From positions 20,150,001 through 20,214,000 of the forward strand of contig OX597832.1 in the NCBI GenBank assembly GCA_951406725.2: DNA of 64,000 bases, read 5' to 3'. The notes below the pieces were generated by a model. The model saw only the letters and a program-made list of their open reading frames with translations, had not been told where the DNA came from and searched no databases. The stretch is from Octopus vulgaris (lineage: Eukaryota). The position numbers and the translations under genes are program-made. How positions within the stretch are numbered: position 1 is the stretch's first letter; each line of letters begins with the position of its first letter. Below are positions 40,349 to 55,208 of this stretch, one piece after another.

Positions 40349-41210
40349 TATGTATATGACATTCAGTAGATGTACAATTCGCACCTCTTCATTCTAAATG
40401 ACATATGTATATGTATATATATATATGAAGGACAGTATAAACATGCTTATATATTTATTTCACACAAGCAACGCCGGGTTACCCTATTAAAGCGTATCTC
40501 CCTGTTGCACTGTTTGTGATCATATATAAAATGTATATGCCACATCTGAGTGAGAGAAAGCTTGTAAGGCTGGACTGCGTCTCTCGGTGGGTTAATGTGA
40601 TACAGCAGTTATGATACTAGCTACAGAAAAAAAAAATGACAGAAAAAAAGTAAAACTACAAGAAAAAAATGATGAAACCGTGTCAATTGTGTGTAGACAT
40701 CAAGGCAACAGATATGAGACAAGATTTCTCTCATATCCGATTGCTTGGTGTCTTTCTGGTTTGTACGAACGTAGAATTTGTCCTGTAACAGTCAGAAATT
40801 TGTCAGATGATTCAAGGTTTTGTAGATACGTAGAGGAGATAACATGCTAACTTTTCAGCGTGTGGTGCGTACGTGTAAATGTATATGTGCGCAAGAGAAA
40901 GCGCGCGCATGTGTGTGTGTGTGTGTGTGAATGTGTGTGAGTAAGTGTAAGAGAGAGAGAGAGAGAGAGATGGAGGGAGAGATATTAAAAAAAAATAAAA
41001 AATCTTATATGTAAACGAAACGAATAACAACAAAAAAAATTTTGAATGTCAGACAAAACAAAATACTACTTTTGTTTATTTCTTTATTTATTGTTCTTTT
41101 TTAAACTTTTATTATTGAAATTGATTCTTATTCTCCCTACATATGCATAAATGTACATGGAAACACACATACACACATATACACATACATTATATATGTA
41201 TGTATATATA

Positions 41211-42388
41211 CAGGGTGATCCCCTAATATTGACATCATTTGAAATGTGAATATCTGAGTAACTACATAGCTTACGCAAACGAGATCAGGTAGGCTTCATG
41301 CTGAACAATAGCAGAATTATTAATCAAAATTCGAACGATTCAAAGGGATGTAGATTTTTATAACTGGTTTCACAAAGCTTCATAAATGTTCAGTACACGC
41401 ATCGCCTGTGACACGACACACGTCAAGTCGGTAGCCCAACTATTGCCTAATATGCTGTTGCAAGCCTTGCTTAACTTTCTCCATCGCTTTGGAGATTCTC
41501 TGCAAGTCGATAGTCCAAATCCTGCCAGATACTCAGGATTTCAGTGATGACATTAGCGAATCTGAAGATCTGTTGTTCTCTTCGTAGTGCAGTTTTTGTG
41601 CTTTCGAAGTTCTGACAACTTTTTTTTACATTGCTGTCTTTGAGGCATTTGTCTGAAAAGAAAAAAAAAAAAGAAAAGGCGGCGAACTGGCAGAAACGAT
41701 AGCACGCCGGTGGCGAAATGCGTAGCCGTATTTCGTCTGCCGTTAAGTTCTGCCGTTAAGTTCAAATTCCGCCGAGGTCGACTTTGTCTTTCATCCTTTC
41801 GGGGTCGATAAATTAAATACTAGTTACGCACTGGGGTCGATGTTAGTCTGTCCTTGTTTGCGCTCTCTGTGTTTAGCCCCCGTAGGTAGTAAAGAAATAG
41901 GTATTTCGTCTACCGCTACGTTCTGAGTTCAAATTCCGCTGAGGTCGACTGTGCCTTTCATCCTTTCGGGGTCGATAAATTAAATACTAGTTAAGCACTG
42001 AGGTCGATGTAATCGACTTAATCCGTTTGTCTGTCCTTGCTTGTCCTCACTGTGTTTAGCCCCTGTGGGTAGTAAAGAAATAGATACGCTGTTGCAGGTC
42101 TTGCGTAACTTTCTCCAGCACTTCGGGGATTCTATGCGCGAGTTCCTCTAGGCTTGTAGGAAAATATGAAGATATGGACCAATCCTTTGACAAAGCCCCA
42201 TAGATGAAAAATCACAAAGTGTCAAGTCAAGTGAACGTGATAATCATTTCAACAGCAGATTATAATTACCACTGGAATGTCCGATCCAAACTTAGTTTTT
42301 ACACATTTTCTTAAAATTTGAGACTATTTGAGTGAGGACTAGCTATGTTATTAACTCCGAATGATGTCAATATTTTTAGGACTCCCTG
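41211..42388 (-). mobile_element. Defective Tc1/mariner-superfamily transposon
   Basis: TIRs cagggtgatcccctaatattgacatcatt / aatgatgtcaatatttttaggactccctg with TA flanks. Minus strand near 42180-42245 reads SRSLDLTLCDF/HLWGFVK (the SPDL.P.DF.LWG motif). Confidence 0.85.
41678..42082 (+). mobile_element. SINE-A dimer nested in the mariner remnant
   Basis: Junction gaaataggtatttc at 41894-41907. Confidence 0.92.
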
Positions 42389-42806
42389 TATATGTTGCTT
42401 ATTCAAAACCGCCGAGAAAACTGGACGGCTTTCAGTGTAGAAATATACTACTGCAATCAAAGTTTATCTTGAATATTGACGCTTCTAATCGTTACATCAA
42501 CAATGCGTGAATACCTTTAACTATATATATGTATGTGTATCTCTGTGTGTGTATATGAGTGTGTGTGTACTTGACCGCTAGATTTGCTGGTTGATTTTAT
42601 TCTCTCTGTCTCAACCCATATATTCGTTGCTATCAAGGGTGACGTACCCTTGCCGAGGACAAAATCCACACCAGAATACGAACTATTACGTAGCGTATTC
42701 AACTTTTAATCCTAGTAAACTCACAGAGGCAACCTTTCACAGAAATTAGCAATCGCATAAACTTCATGTATATATATGTATGTATGTATGTATATATGTT
42801 TATATG

Positions 42807-42849
<43 letters not shown>

Positions 42850-43255
42850 TATTTTACTCTTTTACTTGTTTCAGTCATTTGAGTGCGACCATGCTGGAGC
42901 ACCGCCTTTAGTCGAGCAAATCGACCCCGGGACTTATTCTTTGTAAGCCCGGTACTTCTTCTATCGGTCTCTTTTGCCAAACCGCTAAGTGACGGGGATG
43001 TAAACACACGAGCATCAGTTGTCAAGCAATGCTAGGGCGACAAACACAGACACACACAAATATACACGCACATACATATATATATATATATACGACAGGC
43101 TTCTTTCAGTTTCCGTCTACCAAATCCACTCACAAGGCATTGGTCGGCCCGGGGCTATAGCCGAAGACAGTTGCCCAAGATGCCACGCAGAGGGACTGAA
43201 CCCAGAACCATGTGGTTGGTAGGCAAGCTGCTTACCACACAGCCACTCCTGTGCC
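42850..43255 (-). mobile_element. SINE-B full length
   Basis: Same architecture. Confidence 0.92.
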
Positions 43256-43263
43256 AACAGAAC

Positions 43264-43306
<43 letters not shown>

Positions 43307-44038
43307 CGCATTACTTATGCATATAAATAAACAAATGTTTTAATACGAATGTCTATGATATATTTTGAAAGCATACGTTGTGAATATAGAAAATATTCGT
43401 TGGAAATACCGTTGTCTTTAAAGATGATTCTATGTTGAGAGTTAGGTTAGTTACGTTCGGAACGTTTGTCTATTATGAAGGCATATCTTTGGTGTAAGTG
43501 CATATTTAGTAGAGAAGTACAAAGAATAAGGAAGGAGTACAATGGTAAGAAATATTGAGAAAGAACCATCAGAACAAAGCAGTGAAGTGGCGAGGGAGGA
43601 GAGAAAGGAAAGCAAAGAGAGGAACAAGAAGGAAGTGTAGGAAGAAGGGCTATTGTGAAATTCTAGGTTGTACATAGAGGCAGCATTAACGAATGTCAGA
43701 TAGAGAAATATAAAACAAAAACCTGTGTTCGGAGAAATGAAAGTAAATGAAAGATATGAAGCAGTGAAAAGAGAAAGGTTGCTTTTGTGAAACAGAGAAG
43801 AAGAGTGTAACTGAAGGAGCTAGAGAGAGAGAGTTAGAGAGAAAGAGAGACGGGAGAAAGGGTAAGAGGAAAACAAAGAGGACGGGGATAGATAAGAGAC
43901 AGTAATAAAGATACAGGATGAGAATACGCCATTACAATGACGACAGATATAAACAAAAGCTGAGAGAAGAAAATGGACGTTAATACGAATGACTTTTTAT
44001 CTACTAAACATACACGAATGACAGAACGAATATATACG

Positions 44039-44128
<90 letters not shown>

Positions 44129-44182
44129 TACATAAATAAATAAATATATATATAGTAGATAATCATACACGAATTACGGAGC

Positions 44183-44251
<69 letters not shown>

Positions 44252-44272
44252 TATATATATATATACATATAC

Positions 44273-44319
<47 letters not shown>

Positions 44320-45027
44320 TAAATACATGTTTGTATGTAAGTCTATATGTACTGGAAGGAGAGAGAGAGACAAAGAGAGAGAGAGAGACAGAAAGAAAGA
44401 AAGGAAGAGTGGAGGAGTAGAGAAGGCGATGATGGAGATATCCTGAAACGTAAGTTGATTTCTAAAGCCTAAATTACATAACATAAAAACGTCAGTGAAT
44501 AAAGAGCAGACAATAAGCAACAGGTTAACAATAATGGTGGAAATCCTGCGAGATTCTCGATAAAGAAAAACAAAAAACAAAAACAACCTACAAAGAAAGC
44601 TACTCACACGAGAACACACATACACCCAAGAACACACACACATGTATATATATATATATAAACGAACGTCTCTCTGCGTTATTATCCGTAAGATTATTCT
44701 TGCATGTATGTATATATATATGATATACGTGTATGAGTGTGTATGTGTATTTGTAAAGGGAATATACGTTTATTTAGAACCAAGACAAAAATAAGCTGGT
44801 TGAGCAGAAATAAATGGTTTGTTACGTTTACTAGAATTAATAAGCATTGAATATTAAGGTTTCTTCTTTATTGTAAGAATGTAATTAAAACGACAGAACA
44901 ATACAGAACTGTGCGCTGTGTAGACATGTTAAAAACTGATACAGACATGCGCACATCAAACCCCCCTTACACACATATATAAATACAATCATACACACAC
45001 ATTTACATACTTACATATACATGCATA

Positions 45028-45059
<32 letters not shown>

Positions 45060-45127
45060 CATACATATATATATATATGTTTCGGTGTGTGTATATATAT
45101 ATATATATATGTATATGTATGTATATG

Positions 45128-45178
<51 letters not shown>

Positions 45179-45218
45179 GTATATGAATATATATATATAT
45201 ATACATATATATATAAAT

Positions 45219-45326
<108 letters not shown>

Positions 45327-45641
45327 TATGTACTTGCTCGCAAGCACAGAACCTACGCATGCGCGTGCGTTTCACTTCTGTGTGTATACTTGTGGAGAAA
45401 AAAGCGAGGTGAAGGAGAGGAAATGGAAAAACGTGAACGAAAAGGATCCAGTATTCGAAAGTGATATTGGGTGACAGGATTTTCATTTTGCGTTGGGAAT
45501 AAAGCAACATAATGATGCTTTTAGACAATTTGGAAGGACCGAGATACGGTAGAAGGAAACGAATACTTATTTAACCATCCATCCATCTATCCACCCATCC
45601 ATCCATCCATCCATCCCTCTCTTTATCTACTTACCTATCTG

Positions 45642-45716
<75 letters not shown>

Positions 45717-45735
45717 GTCTGTCTGTCTGTTTGCC

Positions 45736-45770
<35 letters not shown>

Positions 45771-45908
45771 GAATGTATGTATGTACGTGCCAATGCCTAG
45801 TACATGCAAACATACATAAGCATATATATATATGTATATAGAAGAGAGGGGGGAGGGAGGGGAGAGAAAAAGAGAAATGAGACAGAGAGTGAATGATAGA
45901 TGCATATG

Positions 45909-45978
<70 letters not shown>

Positions 45979-46081
45979 TAAATTCACACACATATATATA
46001 TGTACATATATACACAAGCAAAAATATACAAACACATTCATGCACGCAGACGCACCTGCAAAGCGCAACAAAGAACGCGGA

Positions 46082-46121
<40 letters not shown>

Positions 46122-46680
46122 CGAAACACTAGAATGCCTGAGCTATACAAGATGTACATCGAATGTAAAATAGGAAACTAAAGGAAGGCTGAAACTAAAT
46201 GGGAAGTAATTGAAGAATACAAGATGACGGCGAAGATGTTTTACGTTTGTTTGCGAGCTTCGTTTCTTTTCATGAAAATCCAGCAAGTTATTCTGAGGAG
46301 AAAACGAAGAAGAGAAAGAAGAAGAGAAAGTCGTTAGGGTTGAAGTAGAGTGCGAGAGACAATGGCGTTTGTCTTTTGCTTTTAGACAGTTACTTCCTCG
46401 TACTTATTCAACTGAATTCCTTCGAACGATGTCCGCCACAAATGCTGCAAAGACTGTCAATGACAGAGAGTGAAAGAAGAGAGGAAGGGGAGACGGGGAG
46501 GGATAGACATAGAGAGTATACCACGCAATGAGAGAAAAGCATATACAAACACACAAATACAAACATTTAAATTGTTTGAATTACAAATGTACTACACTAT
46601 GAAAGAGAACATCATATAACGGCTTTTAATTCAGCAAACATGCATTCAAAGCAGGTTGTTGATGTACATATATATATACA

Positions 46681-47323
<643 letters not shown>

Positions 47324-47373
47324 TATATGTGTGTGCGTGTATTTCATTGTTCAGTTATACTACTATTTTTCAT

Positions 47374-47781
47374 TTACTCTTTTACTTGTTTCAGTCATTT
47401 GACTGTGGCCATGCTGGAGCACCACCTTTTTAGTCGAGCACATCGACCCCAGGACTATTTATTCTTTGTAAGCCCGGTACTTATTCTATCGGTCTCTTTT
47501 GCCGAACCGCTAAGTGACGGGGACGTAAACACACCAGCATCGGTTGTCAAGCAATGCTAGGGGGACAAACACGGACACACAAACACACACACATACATAT
47601 ACATATATATACATATATACGACAGGCTTCTTTCAGTTTCCGTCTAGCAAATCCACTCACAAGGCATTGGTCGGCCCGGGGCTATAGCCGAAGACACGTG
47701 CCCAAGATTCCACGCAGTGGGACTGAACCCGGAACCATGTGGTTGGTTAGCAAGCTACTTAGCACACAGCCACTCCTGCGG
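47374..47781 (-). mobile_element. SINE-B full length
   Basis: Same architecture. Confidence 0.92.
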
Positions 47782-47871
47782 CTTTTTCTTTATTTTTTTA
47801 GGTAAGATCAGAGAAAAGGTACCCCATCCAATGAGAGATAAATATCATTTAATTCGAATTGTATTAAAATG

Positions 47872-48035
47872 AGAGCTACTTGTAGTTTCTTGCCATTAAG
47901 TCACGTGGTTCGGCAGTTTTTCCATGGCATACCTTATGTTACCAAGCAAATCTCTTTTCTCGGAGTTTGACAGATTGGCTAGAGACACAAGGTATTAACC
48001 TCATGTCTTAATGGCAAGAAACTAATAGTAGTTCT
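47872..48035. mobile_element. Foldback/MITE-like element with ~39-bp imperfect inverted ends
   Basis: agagctacttgtagtttcttgccattaagtcacgtggtt versus aacctcatgtcttaatggcaagaaactaatagtagttct. Confidence 0.7.
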
Positions 48036-48435
48036 GAACTACATCGTATGTGTGTGTGTTTGTGTGTGTATTATTTAGCAGAAGTAACAGAGTGGCTTGA
48101 GGACCGAGAGTTTTCTGCGTTGACACATATGAAACTAATGGCTTTGTTATTTCTGCTACGTATTGATGAAAAATATATATACCCAGACTTCAAGTTCTAT
48201 TTTTTCCCTTTGCATCAACATACCCGTACACACATGCACATATACACACAAACACACAAACCCACACACACACACACACACACACACAATACAGCAATGT
48301 ACTATGCATCCATATACATATGTCTGTATATCAAAAATCACAAACATCGATACATATATGTGTACATACGTTTGTATGTACGATAAACCTGCTGCGAACT
48401 TGATGAGGCCAGTTACAATGATAATAATAACTTAC

Positions 48436-48839
48436 ATAACTTAGATATGTTTCGACCAACGATTGGTCCAGGCCATGTCTAACTTAATAGCACCACCTGA
48501 TAGGATTATTCGAATCCTGTTTAAGTCAAGTTTTGTTCAAGTAGTGAATTCTTGTTGGGTGAGTTGTATCAAATTTTGTTCAAGTAGTGAGTTCTTGTTG
48601 GGTGAGTTGTATCCAATTATGGGTGGCTTATCTGGTATTCTTTGAAGGAATCTATCCAGACTCCGTTTAAAGTTGATGGGATCCTATTCCTCTTTGATCT
48701 CCCTCGGGACAATGTTAAATAGGGCAGGGCCTGTTGAGGAAAAGAAATTACGTTGCAGTGTACATGCATGTTGTGATCTTGAATTGGGCAGGGGACGTAT
48801 GGCCCGTGGTCCCAGTCTTGGATGAACCTTGAAGCTAAT

Positions 48840-48842
<3 letters not shown>
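48436..48842 (-). mobile_element. CR1-type LINE 3' fragment (same family as 33528-33942)
   Basis: Reverse-complement homologue; carries an internal ~42-bp tandem duplication near 48530-48615. Confidence 0.88.
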
Positions 48843-48900
<58 letters not shown>

Positions 48901-49117
48901 TGATGATGATAATAATAATAATAATATTAATAATATTAATATGTATTTTAATATTAATATGTATGCTCATGTATTTTAATTTAACTTAGAAAAAAAAATG
49001 AACGAACTATTGAGTTTGGTTTAATGGCCTACCAATGTATACTATGAGTTTCTTTGTCCTAGGAGTCGGGAAGACACTCAGCAAGAAATGGAAGCAAATT
49101 TGAAAGAAGAAAAAAAA

Positions 49118-49197
<80 letters not shown>

Positions 49198-49811
49198 CAT
49201 AATCGTAAGAAAAACGAAAAGACTAAGGATATATACAATCGTTTGAGAAGGACATTGAGATAGAGAATGCGTGAGTGAGTGGGTGGATGAGTGAGTGAGT
49301 GGATGAGTGAGTGAGTGAACAGTTAAGACAGAAAGGGAATATTAGATTGTGTATAAGAGATAAAGGGACCTGTAGAGAGGAAGAATGAAAGGCAGAAAGG
49401 GCGAGAGACAGAGAAATGGGAAAACAAAGATAGATAATAGATAGGAAAGAGAATGAGGTAGAAAACTCCGAATTGGGAGCCGAACAAAAGAAGCAAAAAC
49501 ATGAAAGAACGAAGTGATTAAGAAAGAACGAAAGTAAGGAAGAAAGAAAGGAAGGAAGAAAGAAATAAAGAAAGAAAAGGGGGTGGAGAAGAGAAGGAAG
49601 ACAGCGAAAGGCACAGTAGTATCAATGCCAGGTTATAATATAAGCAAAGCCATTAGTAATAGTTGGTCAAATAATAATAGAATGGCCGAGAACTGCACTA
49701 AATGTTGAAGTCGATCTTCGTTAAGACAATGCAACAATCTGTTCACTCGGATCCCTTTTCAGTTTCGTCTCTTCGTTAAAGGAGTCGCTTTTCTTTCTCT
49801 TTTTCCTCTCT

Positions 49812-49846
<35 letters not shown>

Positions 49847-49988
49847 ATCTTTCTTTTTCTTTATACTTTTTCTGTGTCTTTTTTTCTTCCAATTATTCTT
49901 TGCTTTCATCGGAACATCGCGGACTCTGTTCCCTTCTTTCTTCTGTTTGTAAGAGCGAGTGTGTGTCTGTAAATGTGTGTGAGTATAC

Positions 49989-50028
<40 letters not shown>

Positions 50029-50365
50029 CTGTGTCTGTGTGTGTGTGTCTGTGTGTGTCTGTGTGTCTGTGTGTGTCTGTGTGTGTCTGTGTGTGTCTGT
50101 GAATGTATGTATGGTGTGTGTGTATCAATAGATACATAGATTCAGATATACCAATATATATGCGTATATATGTGTGTATATATACACACACATATATATA
50201 TACATACACACCTTTCTATCACTTTGACTTCTCTCTCTTTCTCTCTCTCTCTCTCCCTGTTTCTTCCCTTTCCCTCTCTCGCTTTCTCCCTCTGTTTTTT
50301 TTTCTTTCTTTTTCTTAAATAGCCGTGATCAGCTGAAACAAAGCGAATTTAAACAAAACGAAACC

Positions 50366-50412
<47 letters not shown>

Positions 50413-50606
50413 TAGGGGAGGCAGTGCCAATGGGAGCGGTGGTGTTGGCGCTGCTGCTACAGGTAGGTTGTATGTCATTGTTTTCTGCTTCAGGTTGGTT
50501 TCTGAAATCTCCCGAAGGAGTCGATTTCTCCAGAATCGAACACTATGCACGCACTGGGGTCGTCCTTACAATGGACCGACTAGTTTGAGTAGTTCTTCCC
50601 CCGTTT

Positions 50607-50716
50607 TCTTCTTCTTCTTCTTCTTCTTCTTCTTCTTCTTCTTCTTCTTCTTCTTCTTCTTCTTCTTCTTCTTCTTCTTCTTCTTCTTCTTCTTCTTCTT
50701 CTTCTTCTTCTTCTTC
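50607..50716 (+). repeat. Perfect (TTC)n microsatellite
   Basis: Seen directly. Confidence 0.98.
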
Positions 50717-51149
50717 CCCTTATTCTTTTTTTCTTTCTCATCTCATCGTTGGTCATACGATATATGTTGTATGCTTGAATGCATATACGCATGTATAAAT
50801 ACAAGTATATGTATAGAAATATATATATAGGCGCAGAAGTATAGCCATCATATAGATTGATGTACTTACACATCCCTATAAATGCAAATATACTCACACA
50901 GAAATACACACACGTTCACCTGTCCCCTCTCCCCATACATTTACGTTAAGCCACTTTCTCTTTTTCATACTTTCTTTTCATATTATTGAGAACCGTGGAG
51001 TCTTGCAGCTCATTGTGTTCTCACCTGAAATCTAGCAAAAACCTACGCATTGATTAGAAGACAATTTTAAGCGTGTGTGTGTGTGTGTGTAGTAATATTT
51101 AGCAGAACTAATACACACACACACACACACACACGCACACACACATAAA

Positions 51150-51301
51150 ACAGTGGTTAGGGCAGCGGACTCGCCGTCGTAGGATCGCAGTTTCGATTGC
51201 CAGACCGGGCGTTGTGAGTGCCTCTTGAGCGAAAACACCTAAAGCTCCACGATGCTCCGACAGAGTGTGGGTGCGAACCCTGCTGTACTCTTTCACCACA
51301 A
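51150..51301 (+). mobile_element. Short tRNA-derived SINE (head resembling tRNA-Arg)
   Basis: agtggttagggcagcggactcgccgtc ... gtttcgattgcc, followed by ttgagcgaaaacac. Not a complete cloverleaf. Confidence 0.65.
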
Positions 51302-51427
51302 TGGATATGTACCTTTTTCCCTTCTTGTCATTTTAGGTAATTATTTTTACTCGGCTATTTTGACACAAAAATAAATCTTGAAACTTTCATGAAAGATTTG
51401 TTGGGGTTGTCCATATAATGAAACAGA

Positions 51428-51834
51428 GCGGCGAGCTGGCAGAAACGTTAGCACGCCGGGCGAAATGCTTAGCCGTATTTCGTCTGCCGTTACGTTCTGA
51501 GTTCAAATTCCGCCGAGGTCGACTTTGCCTTTCATCCTTTCGGGGTCGATAAATTAAGTACCAGCTACGTACTGGGATCGATGTAATCGACTTAATCCCT
51601 TTGTCTGTCTCCTCTATGTTTAGCCCCTTATGGGTAGTAAAGAAATAGGTATTTCGTCTGCCGCTACGTTCTGAGTTCAAATTCAGCCGAGGTCGACTTT
51701 GCCTTTCATCCTTTCGGGGTCGATAAATTAAGTACCAGCTACGCACTGGGGTCGATGTAATCGACTTAATCCGTTTGTCTGTCCTTGTTTGTCCCCCTTC
51801 TGTATTTAGCCCCTTGTGGGTAGTAAAGAAATAG
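51428..51834 (+). mobile_element. SINE-A dimer with target-site duplication
   Basis: Junction gaaataggtatttc at 51642-51655; atgaaacaga at 51418-51427 and 51840-51849. Confidence 0.93.
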
Positions 51835-52360
51835 ATAGTATGAAACAGAATTAACCACGAATGAAAACTAAGCAACAGAATTAAGCGTTATTGTCGTTGG
51901 TGGCGGCCTTGCTAAACCTCATGACATGATTTTCATCGTCGTTGTTAAACCTCATGTCGTGTCGAACAGATCTTTGATAAAAGAGGTTCTGCTCTGATGA
52001 TTTGAAACAATATATTTTAAGACAACATTATCTAAAGTGTCCTTCCTTTCTTTTAAGATGTTCCTATTGATTGTCTCTCTAATGGTATTTTTTGTTACGA
52101 TGGCTGGGGTTTCTTTGCCCCAGATTAAATTTGTTCCTGCAGATTTATAATGAAATATGTCCTGAACATGTCAATCCGGTCTATTGACCAGAGATATACT
52201 ATCAAGAGCAACAACATGAATATTAAACCAACATTACTAAATGTGCTGTGCCTTCCGTTGTTGATATCATATTACAGGTAGTGCTATTGTTTTGTTGTTT
52301 AATAGCACAATGTATGTAGTATGGTCGTTTAAGGTACATAAACACACACAAATACACACA

Positions 52361-52409
<49 letters not shown>

Positions 52410-52411
52410 TA

Positions 52412-52866
52412 TACTTTACTCTTTACTCCTACGCTTATACTTGTTTCAGTTACTTGACTGCGGCCATGCTGGAGCACCGCCTTTAGTCGAGCAAATCGAC
52501 CCCAGGTCTTATTTATCTTTATACGCCTAGTACTTATTCTTATTCTATCGGACGCTTTTGCCGAACTGCCAAATTACCCGGACGTAAACATACCAGCATC
52601 GTTTGTCAAGCGATGTTGAGTGGACAAACACAGTCACACAAACATATACACACATACATATATATATACATATATACGACGGGCTTCTTTCAATTTCCAT
52701 CTATTAAATCCACTCACAAGGCTTTGGTCGGCCCGAGGCTATAGTAGAAGACACTTACCCAAGGTACCACGCAGTGGGACTGGACCCTGAACCATGTGGT
52801 TGGTAAGCAAGTTACTCACTACTCACCACACAGCCACTCCTGCTATTCTACACAGCCACTCCAGCA

Positions 52867-52868
<2 letters not shown>
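52412..52868 (-). mobile_element. SINE-B full length with a duplicated head tip
   Basis: Same architecture; acacagccactcc occurs twice. Confidence 0.9.
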
Positions 52869-52923
<55 letters not shown>

Positions 52924-53462
52924 ATATATGTATATGTATACATATATATATATGGATATGTATGCATATATAGTTTTTTCTATCGTTATGTCCTTTCTTA
53001 CGGCTCTTCTTACGAGAGAAAGAGACCGATGACAGGGTAATATAAAGATATGTATATATGCGTATGTATGGAAATATGTATGCCTGTGTGTGTGTGCGCG
53101 TGTGGCTGCATGTGTGTATAAATGTTATTCGACCATACCATATATGGTTGATATTGTCCTTGTTATCCTTGTTGATGTTGTTTGTTTGTAAATGTTTAAA
53201 TCTTGTAGTTGTTTAATTGCAGGTCGACACAATTTGATGTAATCTTTTATGAAGTCTTTCGACTCGTGATTATTTCATCGTTTTACGCGCATATAAAACT
53301 TCATTGACATAAGGTGTCCTTTCCTTGCTCAACACTGCGTTATTTAAGGAACGTTTCGCGGCCATTTTTCTTCTCTGGTCGAATTTGATAAGTAAGAAAC
53401 AATAGTTGGTGATTAATCGATAGTAGAATAAAATAATATTAAACAATCTCCTCTATAATATA

Positions 53463-53699
53463 TATTTCTTTATTGCCCACAAGGGGCTAAACATAGAGGG
53501 GACAAACAAGGGCAGACAAAGGAATTGAAGTAAGTCGATTACATCGACCCCAGTGCGAAACTAGTACTTTATTTATCGACCCCGAAAGGATGAAAGGCAA
53601 AGTCGACCTCGGCAGAATTTGAACTCAGAACGTAACGACAGACGTAATATCGCTAAGCATTTCGCCCGGCGTGCTAACGTTTCTGCCAGCTCGCCGCCC
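53463..53699 (-). mobile_element. SINE-A monomer
   Basis: Complete head, body and tail. Confidence 0.92.
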
Positions 53700-53845
53700 T
53701 AATAATCTCCACCTAGTAACTGAGCAGGTAATCTAGGCATTTGACAAATGTTAGTCATTGGAGTATATTTGCGTTAGAAAACTAACATATCTTGTATAAA
53801 GAGTATGGTCACACGCCTTACTCAGGCAGAAAATCCCTAAATGTA

Positions 53846-54150
53846 CTGGCAGGCGAAAAGCAACAGCCACTACACGCTAAACTGAAATGTCGAAAACTCA
53901 CCTGGTATGGATATGTAGCCTGTCATGTCTCCTTGTCTGAAATGTCTCTTCAGGTCAGAGAGGAATGAGGACGAAAGAAAGATAAATAAAGAAAACCCTG
54001 ATATGACAACATTATTGATAGGTCAAGACTGAACACGGTGACCCTTCTGTGTGTATCAGAGGACAGGGTTCAGTGCGATCGCTGACTGTCAAGGGAGCAG
54101 TACAGCGATTGACCGCACCAATCACAAGACGTGATGGTGAGGATTCTTAT
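53846..54150 (+). mobile_element. Decayed RTE-clade LINE 3' fragment
   Basis: PLHAKLKCRKLTWYGYVACHVSLSEMSLQVREE*GRKKDK*RKP*YDNI..LL..SEDR resembles RTE KRRKL.W.GHV.RH.SL...LQG...W.DNI...DR. Confidence 0.8.
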
Positions 54151-54389
54151 ACTACATAATTTGGTGGCAGAGAAAGTATGTGATAAATTAAAACTGTAAT
54201 TGCACATGGTGGGAATACGGTGAATTGATAAGACGTTACAGCATTGGATAAAATGCTTTGGCACATTGGTTCAGAATTTCTGCACTTTGAGTTCAAATCC
54301 TCAGGTCAGCTGTAAATGAGAAGCGGCATGATAAAATGTACTTCAGTCTTGGTTATATTTTCTATCAGTCATAAGCCTACTTGGAATGA

Positions 54390-54650
54390 GTGGAGTCGCG
54401 TGGCTTAGTGGTTAGTGTGTTGAACTCATGATCTTAAGATTGTGGTTTCGATTCCTGAACCGAGCGATGTATTGTCTCCTTGAGCAAAACACTTCACTTT
54501 ACCTTGCTTCAGTCCACTCAGCTGGCAAAAATAAGTAAACTTGCGGCGGCTCGGAGTCCGGTACATGTGGGGAATTTATGCCATGACAAATGGAGAAACC
54601 GGCCCTTGTAAATCAGCACTGAGTCGAGAAAGTAACTTTGCCTACCTTTA
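54390..54650 (+). mobile_element. CORE-like SINE related to the SINE-C head, different tail
   Basis: gtggcttagtggttag (A box), ggtttcgattcc (B box), ccttgagcaaaacactt...cagtccactcagctggcaaaa. Confidence 0.8.
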
Positions 54651-54897
54651 TTTCTTTATGTATAAATTTTGGAAACTAGTGAGATTTAGTTGCTATTTCT
54701 AACAGGTCCAGGTATGATGTAGACTTATTGATGACGTGACTTATTGGAAATGATTAGTTACACTCGGAGGGTGACAGATTAGAAAAAATGTTGAGCCTCG
54801 AACGAAAAGCTTGCAGTATTCGATATTATATTAGTTCTTCATGCTCTGTATTCAAATTCTCTTCAGGTCGAATTTGCTTTTCATCTTTCTTAGATTC

Positions 54898-54978
<81 letters not shown>

Positions 54979-55019
54979 ATATACATATACATATATATAT
55001 ATGTGTATATATATACATA

Positions 55020-55051
<32 letters not shown>

Positions 55052-55148
55052 CATAATACATACATATATATATATATACTTATATATACATATATATATA
55101 TACGCATATATATATATAGAGAGAGAGATAGATAGATAGATAGATAGG

Positions 55149-55208
<60 letters not shown>

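Noticed and set aside
51428-51515. tRNA gene at SINE heads
   Set aside because: A and B boxes are present but there is no complete cloverleaf, and the sequence continues into SINE body.
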